60,834 nt of DNA from a virus (lineage: Duplodnaviria; Caudoviricetes). The translations under genes and the position numbers were made by a program. This document shows positions 1 to 8,857 of the stretch, piece after piece (position 1 is the first letter of the stretch; each line of letters starts with the position of its first letter). The stretch lies in IMG/VR virus record IMGVR_UViG_3300044972_001994, positions 1 to 60,834 of that record; one strand, written 5' to 3'. Below the pieces are notes generated by a model, which did no database searches, was not told the origin of the DNA, and worked only from the letters and a program-made list of their open reading frames with translations.

Positions 1-2
1 CT

Positions 3-422
3 TACTCTGAATATGTAGCTGAGAACTTAGACAAATCTGTAGAATATTCTAAATATTTAGCAGAAAAAGTAGACGAGTCTATCCAATACTCAGAATACGT
101 AGCAGAAAAAGTAGATACTAATATCTCTTACTCTGAATACTTAGCTGAAAATCTTGATAGAGGAATTTCTTATTCTGAATATCTAGCTGAAAAAGTAGAT
201 CAAGGAATTGGATACAGTGAATACATCGCAGAAAAATTAGATCAAGGAATCGGATACACTGAATACCTAGCAGAAAATGTTAACAAAGGTATCGCTTATT
301 CTGAATATCTAGCTGAGAATTTGAACAAAGGAATTTCTTATTCAGATTATTTAGCTGAGAAGATCAAAAACAATATCGCTTACTCTGAGTATATCGCAGA
401 AAATGTAAACACTACATTTGCA
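3..422 (+). repeat. 42-bp coding tandem repeat, 10 copies of YSEY[LIV]AE[KN][LV][DN]xxIx
   Basis: Manual translation: YSEYVAENLDKSVE/YSKYLAEKVDESIQ/YSEYVAEKVDTNIS/YSEYLAENLDRGIS/YSEYLAEKVDQGIG/YSEYIAEKLDQGIG/YTEYLAENVNKGIA/YSEYLAENLNKGIS/YSDYLAEKIKNNIA/YSEYIAENVNTTFA. Confidence 0.95.
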
Positions 423-971
423 GGTAGCATCAATGAAAGTGAAAACCCAAGAGAAAAGGCAGACCTTGCTTCAAGCGCAGGTCTATTCGAATCTGGATTT
501 GCAGGAGATTACACAACAATCTCTTCTAAGATAGATTCACTTATAGAATCAGTTCAAACCCAAAAAACTGAAACCCTTACCAAAACAGTTGCTGAAAGAA
601 TGCAACCAGCTGCTCAAACCCAAAAGGCAGAACAAGCTCTAAACGAAAGTGAGGAGACAGAACAAAAACCAAGTTCAGGACACAAATTCGTAGACGAAGC
701 TCCGGCAGAATACGCTCAGATTTGGGAAAGTCTAAACGAAGGACACAAACAATCTTTGATTGCTCAAGCGTCTTTCTACAATTTAGAAACCCCTTATCAG
801 ATCAAAAACTTCTGGTCAACACGTCAACTTGGTAGAAACATTGGTCTTCAAAAATTAGTTGAAAGCGAAAGTATCGAAACACCAGTAGAGAGAACAACAA
901 CTAAAGCTTATTCTAACGAATATTTAAACTTTATTGCAGAATCTTTAAATGGTAAATTCCTAAAAAAATAA
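3..971 (+). CDS. Prohead core/scaffolding protein (T4 gp22-like position), 5'-truncated by window edge
   Basis: The frame is open from position 3 (TAC TCT GAA...), so the TTG start at 321 in the track is not the true start. It has a 14-aa amphipathic repeat and many [LI]xE protease-type sites (SINES, ALNES, SLNEG), and lies directly upstream of the major capsid gene. Confidence 0.75.
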   Translation, partial: YSEYVAENLDKSVEYSKYLAEKVDESIQYSEYVAEKVDTNISYSEYLAENLDRGISYSEYLAEKVDQGIGYSEYIAEKLDQGIGYTEYLAENVNKGIAYSEYLAENLNKGISYSDYLAEKIKNNIAYSEYIAENVNTTFAGSINESENPREKADLASSAGLFESGFAGDYTTISSKIDSLIESVQTQKTETLTKTVAERMQPAAQTQKAEQALNESEETEQKPSSGHKFVDEAPAEYAQIWESLNEGHKQSLIAQASFYNLETPYQIKNFWSTRQLGRNIGLQKLVESESIETPVERTTTKAYSNEYLNFIAESLNGKFLKK

Positions 972-996
972 AACAAAAATAAAAAAATAACAAGTT

Positions 997-2709
997 ATGA
1001 AACTTATTAACGAACAAGAAATTTTTGATACATGGTCTCCAATCATCGAGTCTAAAACTGGTATCAACGATTCATCAAAAACTCAGTGGTTAGCTAAATA
1101 TTGCCATTACCACTCATTAAACGAATCTGCCGGTGCTTACAACTCTTTAGCAGTTGTTAACGGTATGGGTGCAGTTACACCTCCAAACTTCCCAGGATCT
1201 ACTTTAGGTGCTGTTAGTAACGGTGGTCTTACCCCTAACCAAGGATTCTACAGCTCAACCTGGCAAGGTTCTGGCGATAAATTCCCTTCATTACTTCCAT
1301 TAGCTATTCAAGTAGCTGCGAAGACTGTAGGATTTGATATCGTTCCAGTTATCCCTATGTCTGGTCCTTCTGGAGTATTATCTTACTTAGATTATGTGTA
1401 TGCTGGTGGTAAAATCAGTCCTAGCTCTGCTGGAACTACAGCTGCTGAAGCTTTAGCAGTTGCTCCTACAATGATTAAAGTTCCTGTAGGTTCTACAGCT
1501 TCTGCTTTAGTAGTAGGTACTGTTTACTACATCGCTGCTGCTACTTCTGCAGGTGCTGCTTTAACTACTGCTTTCGTAGGTTACTCTAGAATCGATGGCT
1601 TCCCAATCTTCAGAATCACTGGGGTTACTGCAGGTGAAACTGTTGCTGATATCGTAGCTGCTGGTTCTACAATCGGTACAGGAAGTGCAGGTAGTGTTAC
1701 TGGCGGTGGATATGCTACTGGAGTTGCTCAATTGGTTAAAGCATTAGAAGATCACATCCAAGGTTTCTCTGGAGCTGGTTTCTATGACAACCAAGCTTAC
1801 CAAGGTCCATACGTAGATGGTACTAAGTCTTACAATCCAATGTTGAGATCTGTTGCGGAAAGCACTTATTACAACTCAATGGGTCTAACAACTTTCACCA
1901 AATTCGTTGAAGCTGACACTTTCCAAGTAGCTGCTTCTGTAACAACTGAGCAAATCCAAGATTTGAACAAACAGTTTGGTATTGATGTTATCTCTATGAT
2001 CGAGAATGCATTGGTAAATGAGGTTTCTCAAGCTATCAACAAGCACATCTTATCTAGAGCATTCCAATTAGGATGGTCTAACTGTTACAACTTCAACGCA
2101 ATTGAAGGTCAAAACTTAAACCTTAACCTTGTAATAGGCGGTGCTACTTCTGGTTCTACTGCTCTAGATTACTTAGGAAAAGAAGATACTCAATTGTTCA
2201 TGTCAATTCCAGGAGGTCCTGCATCAGGTACATACGAGAACTTATCAACTCTACAAAGAAGATTATTCTCTAGAATCCTGGCAGCTGCTAACGTTGTAGC
2301 TAATAGAGGTAGAAGAGGTCCAGCTAACTTCATCGTTACTAACGCTAACCTAGCGTCTGCAATGCAAGATATTAGCCAATTCACTTTCGCTCCATTTGCT
2401 AACACTTTAACTCAAAACAACGGAACTCTATATCCAGTAGGTTCTCTAGCTGGTATGACAGTATATGTTGACCAGAACATGAGATTCTCTGATAACAGAA
2501 TCCTAGTAGGTAGAAAAGGTGGCGACGACGAACCAGGTCTTAAATTCATGCCTTACATGATGGCGGAGTCAATCCAAACCATCTCTGAAGGTACTATGTC
2601 TCCTAAGATCGCAGTTAAATCAAGATACGCATTAGTAGAAGCAGGTTTCAACCCAGAAACTTTATACTTCACTTTCTACGTTCAAACTCCAGTTGGAGGA
2701 TTAAACTAA
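997..2709 (+). CDS. gp23: Major capsid protein, T4 gp23-like
   Basis: gp23-type motifs: WSPIIE, SLNES cleavage site, VPVIPMSGPSG, TEQIQDL, RRGPANFIV, VGRKG, MPYMM, PKIAVKSRYAL. Strong high-expression codon bias (TTC/AAC/ATC/TAC). Followed by a terminator. Confidence 0.93.
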   Translation: MKLINEQEIFDTWSPIIESKTGINDSSKTQWLAKYCHYHSLNESAGAYNSLAVVNGMGAVTPPNFPGSTLGAVSNGGLTPNQGFYSSTWQGSGDKFPSLLPLAIQVAAKTVGFDIVPVIPMSGPSGVLSYLDYVYAGGKISPSSAGTTAAEALAVAPTMIKVPVGSTASALVVGTVYYIAAATSAGAALTTAFVGYSRIDGFPIFRITGVTAGETVADIVAAGSTIGTGSAGSVTGGGYATGVAQLVKALEDHIQGFSGAGFYDNQAYQGPYVDGTKSYNPMLRSVAESTYYNSMGLTTFTKFVEADTFQVAASVTTEQIQDLNKQFGIDVISMIENALVNEVSQAINKHILSRAFQLGWSNCYNFNAIEGQNLNLNLVIGGATSGSTALDYLGKEDTQLFMSIPGGPASGTYENLSTLQRRLFSRILAAANVVANRGRRGPANFIVTNANLASAMQDISQFTFAPFANTLTQNNGTLYPVGSLAGMTVYVDQNMRFSDNRILVGRKGGDDEPGLKFMPYMMAESIQTISEGTMSPKIAVKSRYALVEAGFNPETLYFTFYVQTPVGGLN

Positions 2710-2735
2710 TCTTAAAAATTAGAAATCAACTATAC

Positions 2736-2767
2736 AAAAAACCTCTGAGAAATCAGAGGTTTTTTTT
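2736..2767 (+). terminator. Rho-independent terminator after the capsid gene (possibly bidirectional)
   Basis: AAAAA-ACCTCTGA-GAAA-TCAGAGGT-TTTTTTT: perfect 8-bp stem, GAAA loop, U tract, with an A tract on the 5' side. Confidence 0.93.
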
Positions 2768-2798
2768 GTGTCTTGAAATTAAAAATAAAATCCGGGTG

Positions 2799-2806
2799 GA
2801 TATATA
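2799..2806 (+). promoter_or_regulatory. Putative late promoter GATATATA
   Basis: Recurring motif, here 25 nt before the ATG at 2832 and immediately after a terminator. Analogous to the T4 late TATAAATA box. Confidence 0.65.
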
Positions 2807-2831
2807 GATCATAAATAATTAAATTACAAAG

Positions 2832-3875
2832 ATGAAATTAATCCCAAGTTATCAAGAATTCGTAGATAATATGTCTCTAACCGAAAAAATTAGCCCTGAA
2901 CTTGCAGAAAGTTTAGCTGCGGATTTAGAAGAAATTGAATCACTAAACGAAGGAGTCTTAGATTCAATTAAAAACACTTTATCCAAGACTTTTTTAGGGT
3001 CTCTATCTTCTATCAATATGATAGATAAATCAAGAGAAATGATATTGAAAGACCGAAAAGATCTTCTTAGCAAAAAATATTCTCATGAGGATGAAATTGA
3101 ATCATTGAATGCTAGTCTAAAAAAAGCTCAGGATGACAAAGACACTGCTAACGCAGATAAAATAAGTAAAACCATAGCCAACAAGGAGAATGAGTACAAG
3201 ACTTACGTAAACATGATTAATAAAAGAATCGAGAAGACTGAGGATGTGGCAGAAAAAATAATTGAAGGGAACAAGAGAAAATCCGAATATTATGATGCAG
3301 GAGTATCTCAAGATGAGTTAACAATTGCAGAGTTTGAATATAAGCTTGCAAAATCAAGATCTAATGTAGATCCAAAAGAAATTAAAGAACTTGAAACTAA
3401 GATTCAAACTGCTAAAGTAGAATCCGAAAAAGCTCAGGCAGAATTGAAGGCAAGCGAAGAAAAAAAAGCAAAAGAAGCTGAGGACAAAAAAGAAAAAGTT
3501 AAATCCGAGCTTTCGTCTCAAGTAGATGAAATTGATTCTAAAATAGAAGAATTAGAAAAGAAAATCGAAGAATTACAAGTTAAAAGGATACAAAACAAAA
3601 ATAAAAGATTAAGTCCAGTAGATCAGGACTCTTTAGAGTCAAACAAAGCTTCTTTAAAGAAGATGAAGGATCGTAAGAAAGATATAGAGAAAGCTCTAAG
3701 AGGATCTGGATCCAGAAAGAATCAAAAGCTTGATAAATACGTGGATTTTACCAAAAATCAAAAAAATGCTAAACCTGTTCTGACAGCTAGCAAAGGAGGT
3801 AAAGCGGATAAAGAGGAAGCTGGAGCATCAGCAGCTTCAAAACCAAGAGGAAGAAGAAAAAGATCAAATAGCTAA
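2832..3875 (+). CDS. Coiled-coil putative internal head protein
   Basis: N-terminus MKLIPSYQEFV resembles the T4 capsid-targeting sequence MKTYQEFIAE. Has an SLNEG site, a K/E-rich helical body and a basic tail. Paralogous to 3878..4741. Confidence 0.6.
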   Translation: MKLIPSYQEFVDNMSLTEKISPELAESLAADLEEIESLNEGVLDSIKNTLSKTFLGSLSSINMIDKSREMILKDRKDLLSKKYSHEDEIESLNASLKKAQDDKDTANADKISKTIANKENEYKTYVNMINKRIEKTEDVAEKIIEGNKRKSEYYDAGVSQDELTIAEFEYKLAKSRSNVDPKEIKELETKIQTAKVESEKAQAELKASEEKKAKEAEDKKEKVKSELSSQVDEIDSKIEELEKKIEELQVKRIQNKNKRLSPVDQDSLESNKASLKKMKDRKKDIEKALRGSGSRKNQKLDKYVDFTKNQKNAKPVLTASKGGKADKEEAGASAASKPRGRRKRSNS

Positions 3876-3877
3876 TA

Positions 3878-4741
3878 ATGACTACTTTAAAATTCACAGA
3901 TTGGGATAAAGCTTATTATTCTATAGATGAATCCTTAGGGGAGAACATCCATAACTGGCTGAGCAAAAACTTCGGAGGTAAAGTTAGTGAAATAGACGGA
4001 ATTCTTTCTGACATAGTTCGTGCAGAGAAGGAGTATTCTAAGGAATGGGAAAAACTAGAACTTGAAAATGATTCCATGAAATCCCAAATAGAATCAGGAA
4101 GCTTAGAAGAGAAAGAAGAGAAAGAACTAAGGAAGAAGATAAAAAACAATACAGAGTTAATTTCTATTTCTCTAAGAAAAAAGAACCAAAAGGTTAGAGT
4201 ACTGGATTCGAAAGGTGATAAAATAGTTCAAGGAAATCCTAGACTTAGTAAATACTGGGAGCTAAAAAAAGCAGAATCTGATCTAGAAATAATAGAAAAT
4301 CTTTATAAAATATCCAAGAACCTTTCGGACAAAGGGATTCAAGATGATCTATATGGAAAATATAAAAGATCATATTCTTCTCTACAAGGCAAAAAAGAAA
4401 AAGCCGAAAAGGTAGAAAAAGAAATTGACACAGAAGAGGATTCCTCTTATGATGATTCTGAGCTTGAATCACTTATCTCTATGAGTAATTCTAAATTCAG
4501 AGATGAGACTGAAGAATATTCTCCAAGAGAGATAAAATCTCTCAAGAGGGATTTAATAAATCAAAAGAATTCTTATATGAACGATTTAAGAATGCTCAAA
4601 AAGAGAAAAGAGAAAGAATCAAGTTCTGCTTCAACTTCTAGGGAAAGAAAGGAAATAACTACTAAGTTTAGCCCTAAGATCTCTGCATTAGGAGATAGAA
4701 TAGATAGAATAAGAGAAAAAATTGCAATTCTAAATGACTAA
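3878..4741 (+). CDS. Coiled-coil putative internal head protein, paralog of the upstream gene
   Basis: LKFTDW...IDES leader; shares LSK[TN]F and KI[IV]xGNxRxSxY blocks with 2832..3875. Confidence 0.55.
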   Translation: MTTLKFTDWDKAYYSIDESLGENIHNWLSKNFGGKVSEIDGILSDIVRAEKEYSKEWEKLELENDSMKSQIESGSLEEKEEKELRKKIKNNTELISISLRKKNQKVRVLDSKGDKIVQGNPRLSKYWELKKAESDLEIIENLYKISKNLSDKGIQDDLYGKYKRSYSSLQGKKEKAEKVEKEIDTEEDSSYDDSELESLISMSNSKFRDETEEYSPREIKSLKRDLINQKNSYMNDLRMLKKRKEKESSSASTSRERKEITTKFSPKISALGDRIDRIREKIAILND

Positions 4742-5021
4742 TTTAATTACCAGATATAAAAATTTCCTTTTTGAAGCAGAAGGAATGAATGCTAAAATAG
4801 AACAAACAAAACTTGAAATAGCAAAAATTCATGACGAAATTACAGCTGCAAAAGAGGAGGCAAAGGCTAAGAAAAAAGCAGACCCAAATAACGTTGCTGC
4901 AGACATAGATAGCATTAAGAAGCAAGCAGTTTCTTATGGAAAATTACCAGCTCTAATGACAACTCTTGCGACTCAGATGGCGGAATCAGCTAAACAAAAA
5001 AGTTCTGCAAACATTTACTAA
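4734..5021 (+). CDS. Small putative internal head protein
   Basis: ITRYKNFLFEAE CTS-like leader; helical; overlaps the upstream gene end. Confidence 0.55.
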   Translation: MTNLITRYKNFLFEAEGMNAKIEQTKLEIAKIHDEITAAKEEAKAKKKADPNNVAADIDSIKKQAVSYGKLPALMTTLATQMAESAKQKSSANIY

Positions 5022-5030
5022 CAGAATCAT

Positions 5031-7448
5031 ATGACACCAAAATATTTAAATACCAACCCTATAGCAAAGATGATGTCTTTGGAAACTCTTAGAATTTTCG
5101 AAAACGAATCTGTTGACGAGTTGATGCAAAAAATATCAACTTCTTTATTTGATATTTTTAAAAAAGTAACCGTAGATTTTTCAACACCGAAGCAAAGAAA
5201 AATCACAACAGTTAAGGAGAAATTAAAAGACACAGCAAATTCTTCATCTCTAAAATCGATGGTAGCAAAGATGAAAGATTATGCAAAAGAATCAGAGCTG
5301 GAACATTCTTCTTTTGCCGATGTTAAATCTCTTTATATTGATGGAATGGAACAACTTGCAGATTCTTTAAAAAGATCTGTTGAAGTTGACCCTAAACTGG
5401 AAGACAAAATCATCAAATATTTTCAAACCAGAACCACTAGGTATGTTCAAGCTTTAGACCAAGCTTATAAGCACGAAAAAGAAGCTTTGAATGAATCTGT
5501 TCAGATGGGATTGAAAGGGAGAGTTAATTCTTTAAAGAATAAATTACAGAAAGTTCTAATCCCAGAATCTGTTGGAAAAACCGACGATAATGGATATGGA
5601 AGAAACTGGCACAGAATTTTCAGTGAAATCGATCAGAAACTTTCGGTTATTGATGGAAAGAAAGAAATTTCTAACGAGAAAGAAAAGAAAGCTTTGAAAG
5701 ATCTAGAATCACAAACCGATAAATTATCTAAAGAATTCTATACATATTGCATTAAAGCTACTGAAGCTCCTTTTAAAAAGATCCTATCCGACGACGAAAT
5801 ATCTTCTAAATTCGAGGATGTAAAAGAAATTCTTTCTGGAGCACTTGACGTTTTAACTAGAGCTACTGTGGAAGAAGCTAGCGTGGAAGACCGAACTAGA
5901 GAGAAAATGGAAGGTCACGACAAGAAGGTTACTTCTATGGTTTTTCCTATTAAAGTTGGAGATAAAGACACAGATAAGAAATTTAAGGAATCTCTAATCA
6001 TTGCAAACGTTCAGAAAGCTCTAATGAATGCTTTTCCTCCGATTAAAGATCTTCTTGTTAAAAGAGGAGGAGCGGACGGTAAATTTACCTCAGCTTTCGA
6101 AGTAGCCATTAAATCTCTACAAGGAGTTCTTGGAAATAAAAATGTTAGTGGTGAACTTGATAGAAATTTACTTGACATCATTTTGGATGCTGATAAGATT
6201 TCAAATTCAGATAAAGAATCTATCGCTGACAGTTTAGACATTCTAAGAAAAGAATATGTTAACGAGAGCATAGAATTTATGAAAGGAAAATCTGTCGATG
6301 CAAGAATTTTAAATTCTTCACAGTTTTTTGGCCTTGTAAACGAATCCTCTATCCACATTGATGCAGATAAATTAGCTTCAGAAGTAGAGAAATATGAGAA
6401 AGAACTTTCTGAACCTGCAACTTCCAAAGGCGGAAGATCTGCTTTGGGCCACGGAGACAATTCAGATAACACAGATTTAGCTTACACTCTTGCTAAAATT
6501 TTAAGAAGCAAAGGGTTAGTTAAAGATGCGGAAGAAGAAACCTTCTTAAGAGAAGATGGATCTCTCAGAGCATCATATACCCCAGAATTTATGAATGGAT
6601 GGATTAAAACTGCTGAGGAAGCAGATAAAAATGATCCCCCTTTATATTTTTGGGTTGATTTCAAAGGAAGTAAAATAGATGGATTATATGCTTCTAGAAG
6701 ACTTTCAACTAGTGCAAAGAAACCTTGCAACTGGCCTAAGTGGAGTGAAATTGCAGGAGATACTGATAGCGAGGACGTTAAGAATTTTTCCGAATGGTAT
6801 ACAAGCTATTACTCTAATTTTGGAGGAATCGATACGAATTCTTTAACTTCCCTTGCTAAATCTATTTTTGATTACAACAGAGAAGAAAAAGAAGAAAATA
6901 GCAAAGTTTACGATAAACTTTATTCTTATTTTGGAACTAAAGAATATAAAACCAATTATGTTCCTTCTGATGTTCTAGAGTCAATCAAAAGTGCATTTAG
7001 AAGAGGGTCTCAAGTCGATGAGAAAATTCAAGACTTAACCGAATCTGATTTTGGACTACTTGCAAATTTAATAGCATTCAATGCTACAACTTTTACCTTT
7101 GATAGCAAGGGAGATAAATTTGTTCCTGTTTTAGAAATAATAATGGATGAGATTTTAACAGAATCGGAACTTAAAAAATTATCTTCTGAAGAAATTCTTG
7201 CTTCTGACGAACCAAGTTCAGATCAAGTTGCAATTCTAGACACTAAAAAAGGAATCAGAAAAGCTAACAAACAAGATAGAGAATCAGGGGAAAGCAGAAA
7301 TAAATCTGTATTTGAACACAATTTAAAAGAAGCTAAAACTCATCATCTACCAATTGTTGAAAAACAAGTTGCTAGAATGAACGCTAAAACTTCTGACGAT
7401 CTTTCAAAAAGAGAATCTAAGAGAATCTATAAGGTTCCTATCGAATAA
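5031..7448 (+). CDS. Large putative head/ejected protein with a central peptidoglycan-binding-like domain
   Basis: Segment 5940-6186 (IKVGDKD..VQKAL..GADGKFTSAFEVAIKSLQ..VSGELD) matches the PG_binding_1 three-helix pattern. Repeated [LV]NES sites. Confidence 0.6.
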   Translation: MTPKYLNTNPIAKMMSLETLRIFENESVDELMQKISTSLFDIFKKVTVDFSTPKQRKITTVKEKLKDTANSSSLKSMVAKMKDYAKESELEHSSFADVKSLYIDGMEQLADSLKRSVEVDPKLEDKIIKYFQTRTTRYVQALDQAYKHEKEALNESVQMGLKGRVNSLKNKLQKVLIPESVGKTDDNGYGRNWHRIFSEIDQKLSVIDGKKEISNEKEKKALKDLESQTDKLSKEFYTYCIKATEAPFKKILSDDEISSKFEDVKEILSGALDVLTRATVEEASVEDRTREKMEGHDKKVTSMVFPIKVGDKDTDKKFKESLIIANVQKALMNAFPPIKDLLVKRGGADGKFTSAFEVAIKSLQGVLGNKNVSGELDRNLLDIILDADKISNSDKESIADSLDILRKEYVNESIEFMKGKSVDARILNSSQFFGLVNESSIHIDADKLASEVEKYEKELSEPATSKGGRSALGHGDNSDNTDLAYTLAKILRSKGLVKDAEEETFLREDGSLRASYTPEFMNGWIKTAEEADKNDPPLYFWVDFKGSKIDGLYASRRLSTSAKKPCNWPKWSEIAGDTDSEDVKNFSEWYTSYYSNFGGIDTNSLTSLAKSIFDYNREEKEENSKVYDKLYSYFGTKEYKTNYVPSDVLESIKSAFRRGSQVDEKIQDLTESDFGLLANLIAFNATTFTFDSKGDKFVPVLEIIMDEILTESELKKLSSEEILASDEPSSDQVAILDTKKGIRKANKQDRESGESRNKSVFEHNLKEAKTHHLPIVEKQVARMNAKTSDDLSKRESKRIYKVPIE

Positions 7449-7452
7449 AATT

Positions 7453-8208
7453 ATGATGAAAAGAATTTACTCATTTAGAGAATTTATTTTAGAAGCAGAA
7501 ATGTCTATTAGTAACCCAGAAGAAGCTGGAGATAAATTTGCTAAAATATTAGGTGATCATAAAGACACTAAAGAATCCCCCAAAGGATCTAATAAGGGAC
7601 CCGAAGTTACTGCTTATCTTAAAAGCACAGGACTTCCTGGAGGAAACCCTTGGTGCATGGCGTTTGTTTATTATGTTTTTCAAGAACTATCTAAATCATT
7701 AGGAACTACGAATCCTCTAGTAAAAACTGCAGGGGTTAAGGATCATTGGAATAAAGCGGATAAAAGCTTAAAAATTGATATAGCTAAAGCTAAAGCAGAT
7801 CCTAGTCTAGTTAAACCCGGTCAAATCTTTATTATGAGCCGTCCTGGAGCAGGTCTAGGGCATACGGGAATTGTTCTAAGCGTGGATCCTTCTGCAAAAA
7901 CTATTACTACCATAGAGGGAAACACCAACGATCAAAAGTCTGGAGAGGGAGATAGAGTTGGTATAAACAAAAGACCTTTGAATGGAACACCTTTCTTAGG
8001 ATTCATCGATTATTTTAAGTCAAAAAGAACCCCAGAGTTCGAAAAAAATATAGTAAAAGCTTTGAGTCCTAGCGAGCTTGGAAAAATTTCTACACTTTCT
8101 GCTTCTAAATCCTCTGATTTTCCTGAGGCGGGTGTTACCATTCCAATAAGCGCAGAAGCTATTTTGAAAGCCTGGGCAGAATCAGAAAAAAATCCTATAA
8201 AATTCTAG
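7453..8208 (+). CDS. CHAP-domain amidase/endopeptidase with CTS-like leader
   Basis: Catalytic PWCMAFV (Cys), GHTGIV (His) and TIEGNT motifs; leader RIYSFREFILEAE. Confidence 0.85.
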   Translation: MMKRIYSFREFILEAEMSISNPEEAGDKFAKILGDHKDTKESPKGSNKGPEVTAYLKSTGLPGGNPWCMAFVYYVFQELSKSLGTTNPLVKTAGVKDHWNKADKSLKIDIAKAKADPSLVKPGQIFIMSRPGAGLGHTGIVLSVDPSAKTITTIEGNTNDQKSGEGDRVGINKRPLNGTPFLGFIDYFKSKRTPEFEKNIVKALSPSELGKISTLSASKSSDFPEAGVTIPISAEAILKAWAESEKNPIKF

Positions 8209-8281
8209 GTCTGATAAATTTAAGGAATTCTTAGCAAAGAAATTCTATTAATTTACTGAATGGATTCTTATATTTTATAAA

Positions 8282-8310
8282 GGAACAAGTTAACAACATT
8301 CCTCTATAAA
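8282..8310 (+). promoter_or_regulatory. Putative second-class (early/middle, ECF-like) promoter GGAAC-N18-TATAAA
   Basis: Same spacing as two copies at 13535 and 13593; precedes a non-structural operon. Confidence 0.4.
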
Positions 8311-8314
8311 TTAT

Positions 8315-8854
8315 ATGCTTACAATATTTGAAGGAGCTAGAAATTCCGGAAAAACCCATCTTGCAAACCTTGCAGCATCCTATAATAAAATTCCGATCTT
8401 TAAGTTCGAATTTGTGGATTGGTTTAATCTTTTAAAACTAGAAGACTCTTCAGAAGGAATACACCTATTTGCTCTTGGTAAAGAAATATCAATCCAACAG
8501 ATGAATCGGGAAGGTATTCTCCCTGATATGATAATGGATAGAGGATTTCTAACTGTAATCGTTTGGGGAATACTATCTAAGAGAATATCAGAAGAAAATG
8601 CTTACAAACAATTAGATCTAATAATTTCTCTCGGATTATTAAAAAATTCTAGAGTTTATTATATCCATGGGGACAATCCAAACAAGTCCAGCAGAAACAA
8701 AGATAATTGGGATTTCATGGACAATACTTCTATAGAAAAAAAACTCTATGAGAAGTTCATTAAATATCTTAAAGAGAATACAGATCCTTCCGAATTTGAA
8801 ATTTATGTTTTTGAAAACAAATTTGATGAATCATCTATAATTAAAGAATTATAA
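8315..8854 (+). CDS. Nucleoside monophosphate kinase (thymidylate kinase-like P-loop)
   Basis: N-terminal FEGARNSGKT Walker A motif and the TMPK-type MDRG motif. Confidence 0.75.
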   Translation: MLTIFEGARNSGKTHLANLAASYNKIPIFKFEFVDWFNLLKLEDSSEGIHLFALGKEISIQQMNREGILPDMIMDRGFLTVIVWGILSKRISEENAYKQLDLIISLGLLKNSRVYYIHGDNPNKSSRNKDNWDFMDNTSIEKKLYEKFIKYLKENTDPSEFEIYVFENKFDESSIIKEL

Positions 8855-8857
8855 TTT

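Noticed and set aside
3-422. 42-bp repeats as CRISPR or iterons
   Set aside because: Conservation is at the amino-acid level within an open frame.
321-971. TTG at 321 as the start of the scaffold gene
   Set aside because: The frame and the repeat continue upstream to the window edge.
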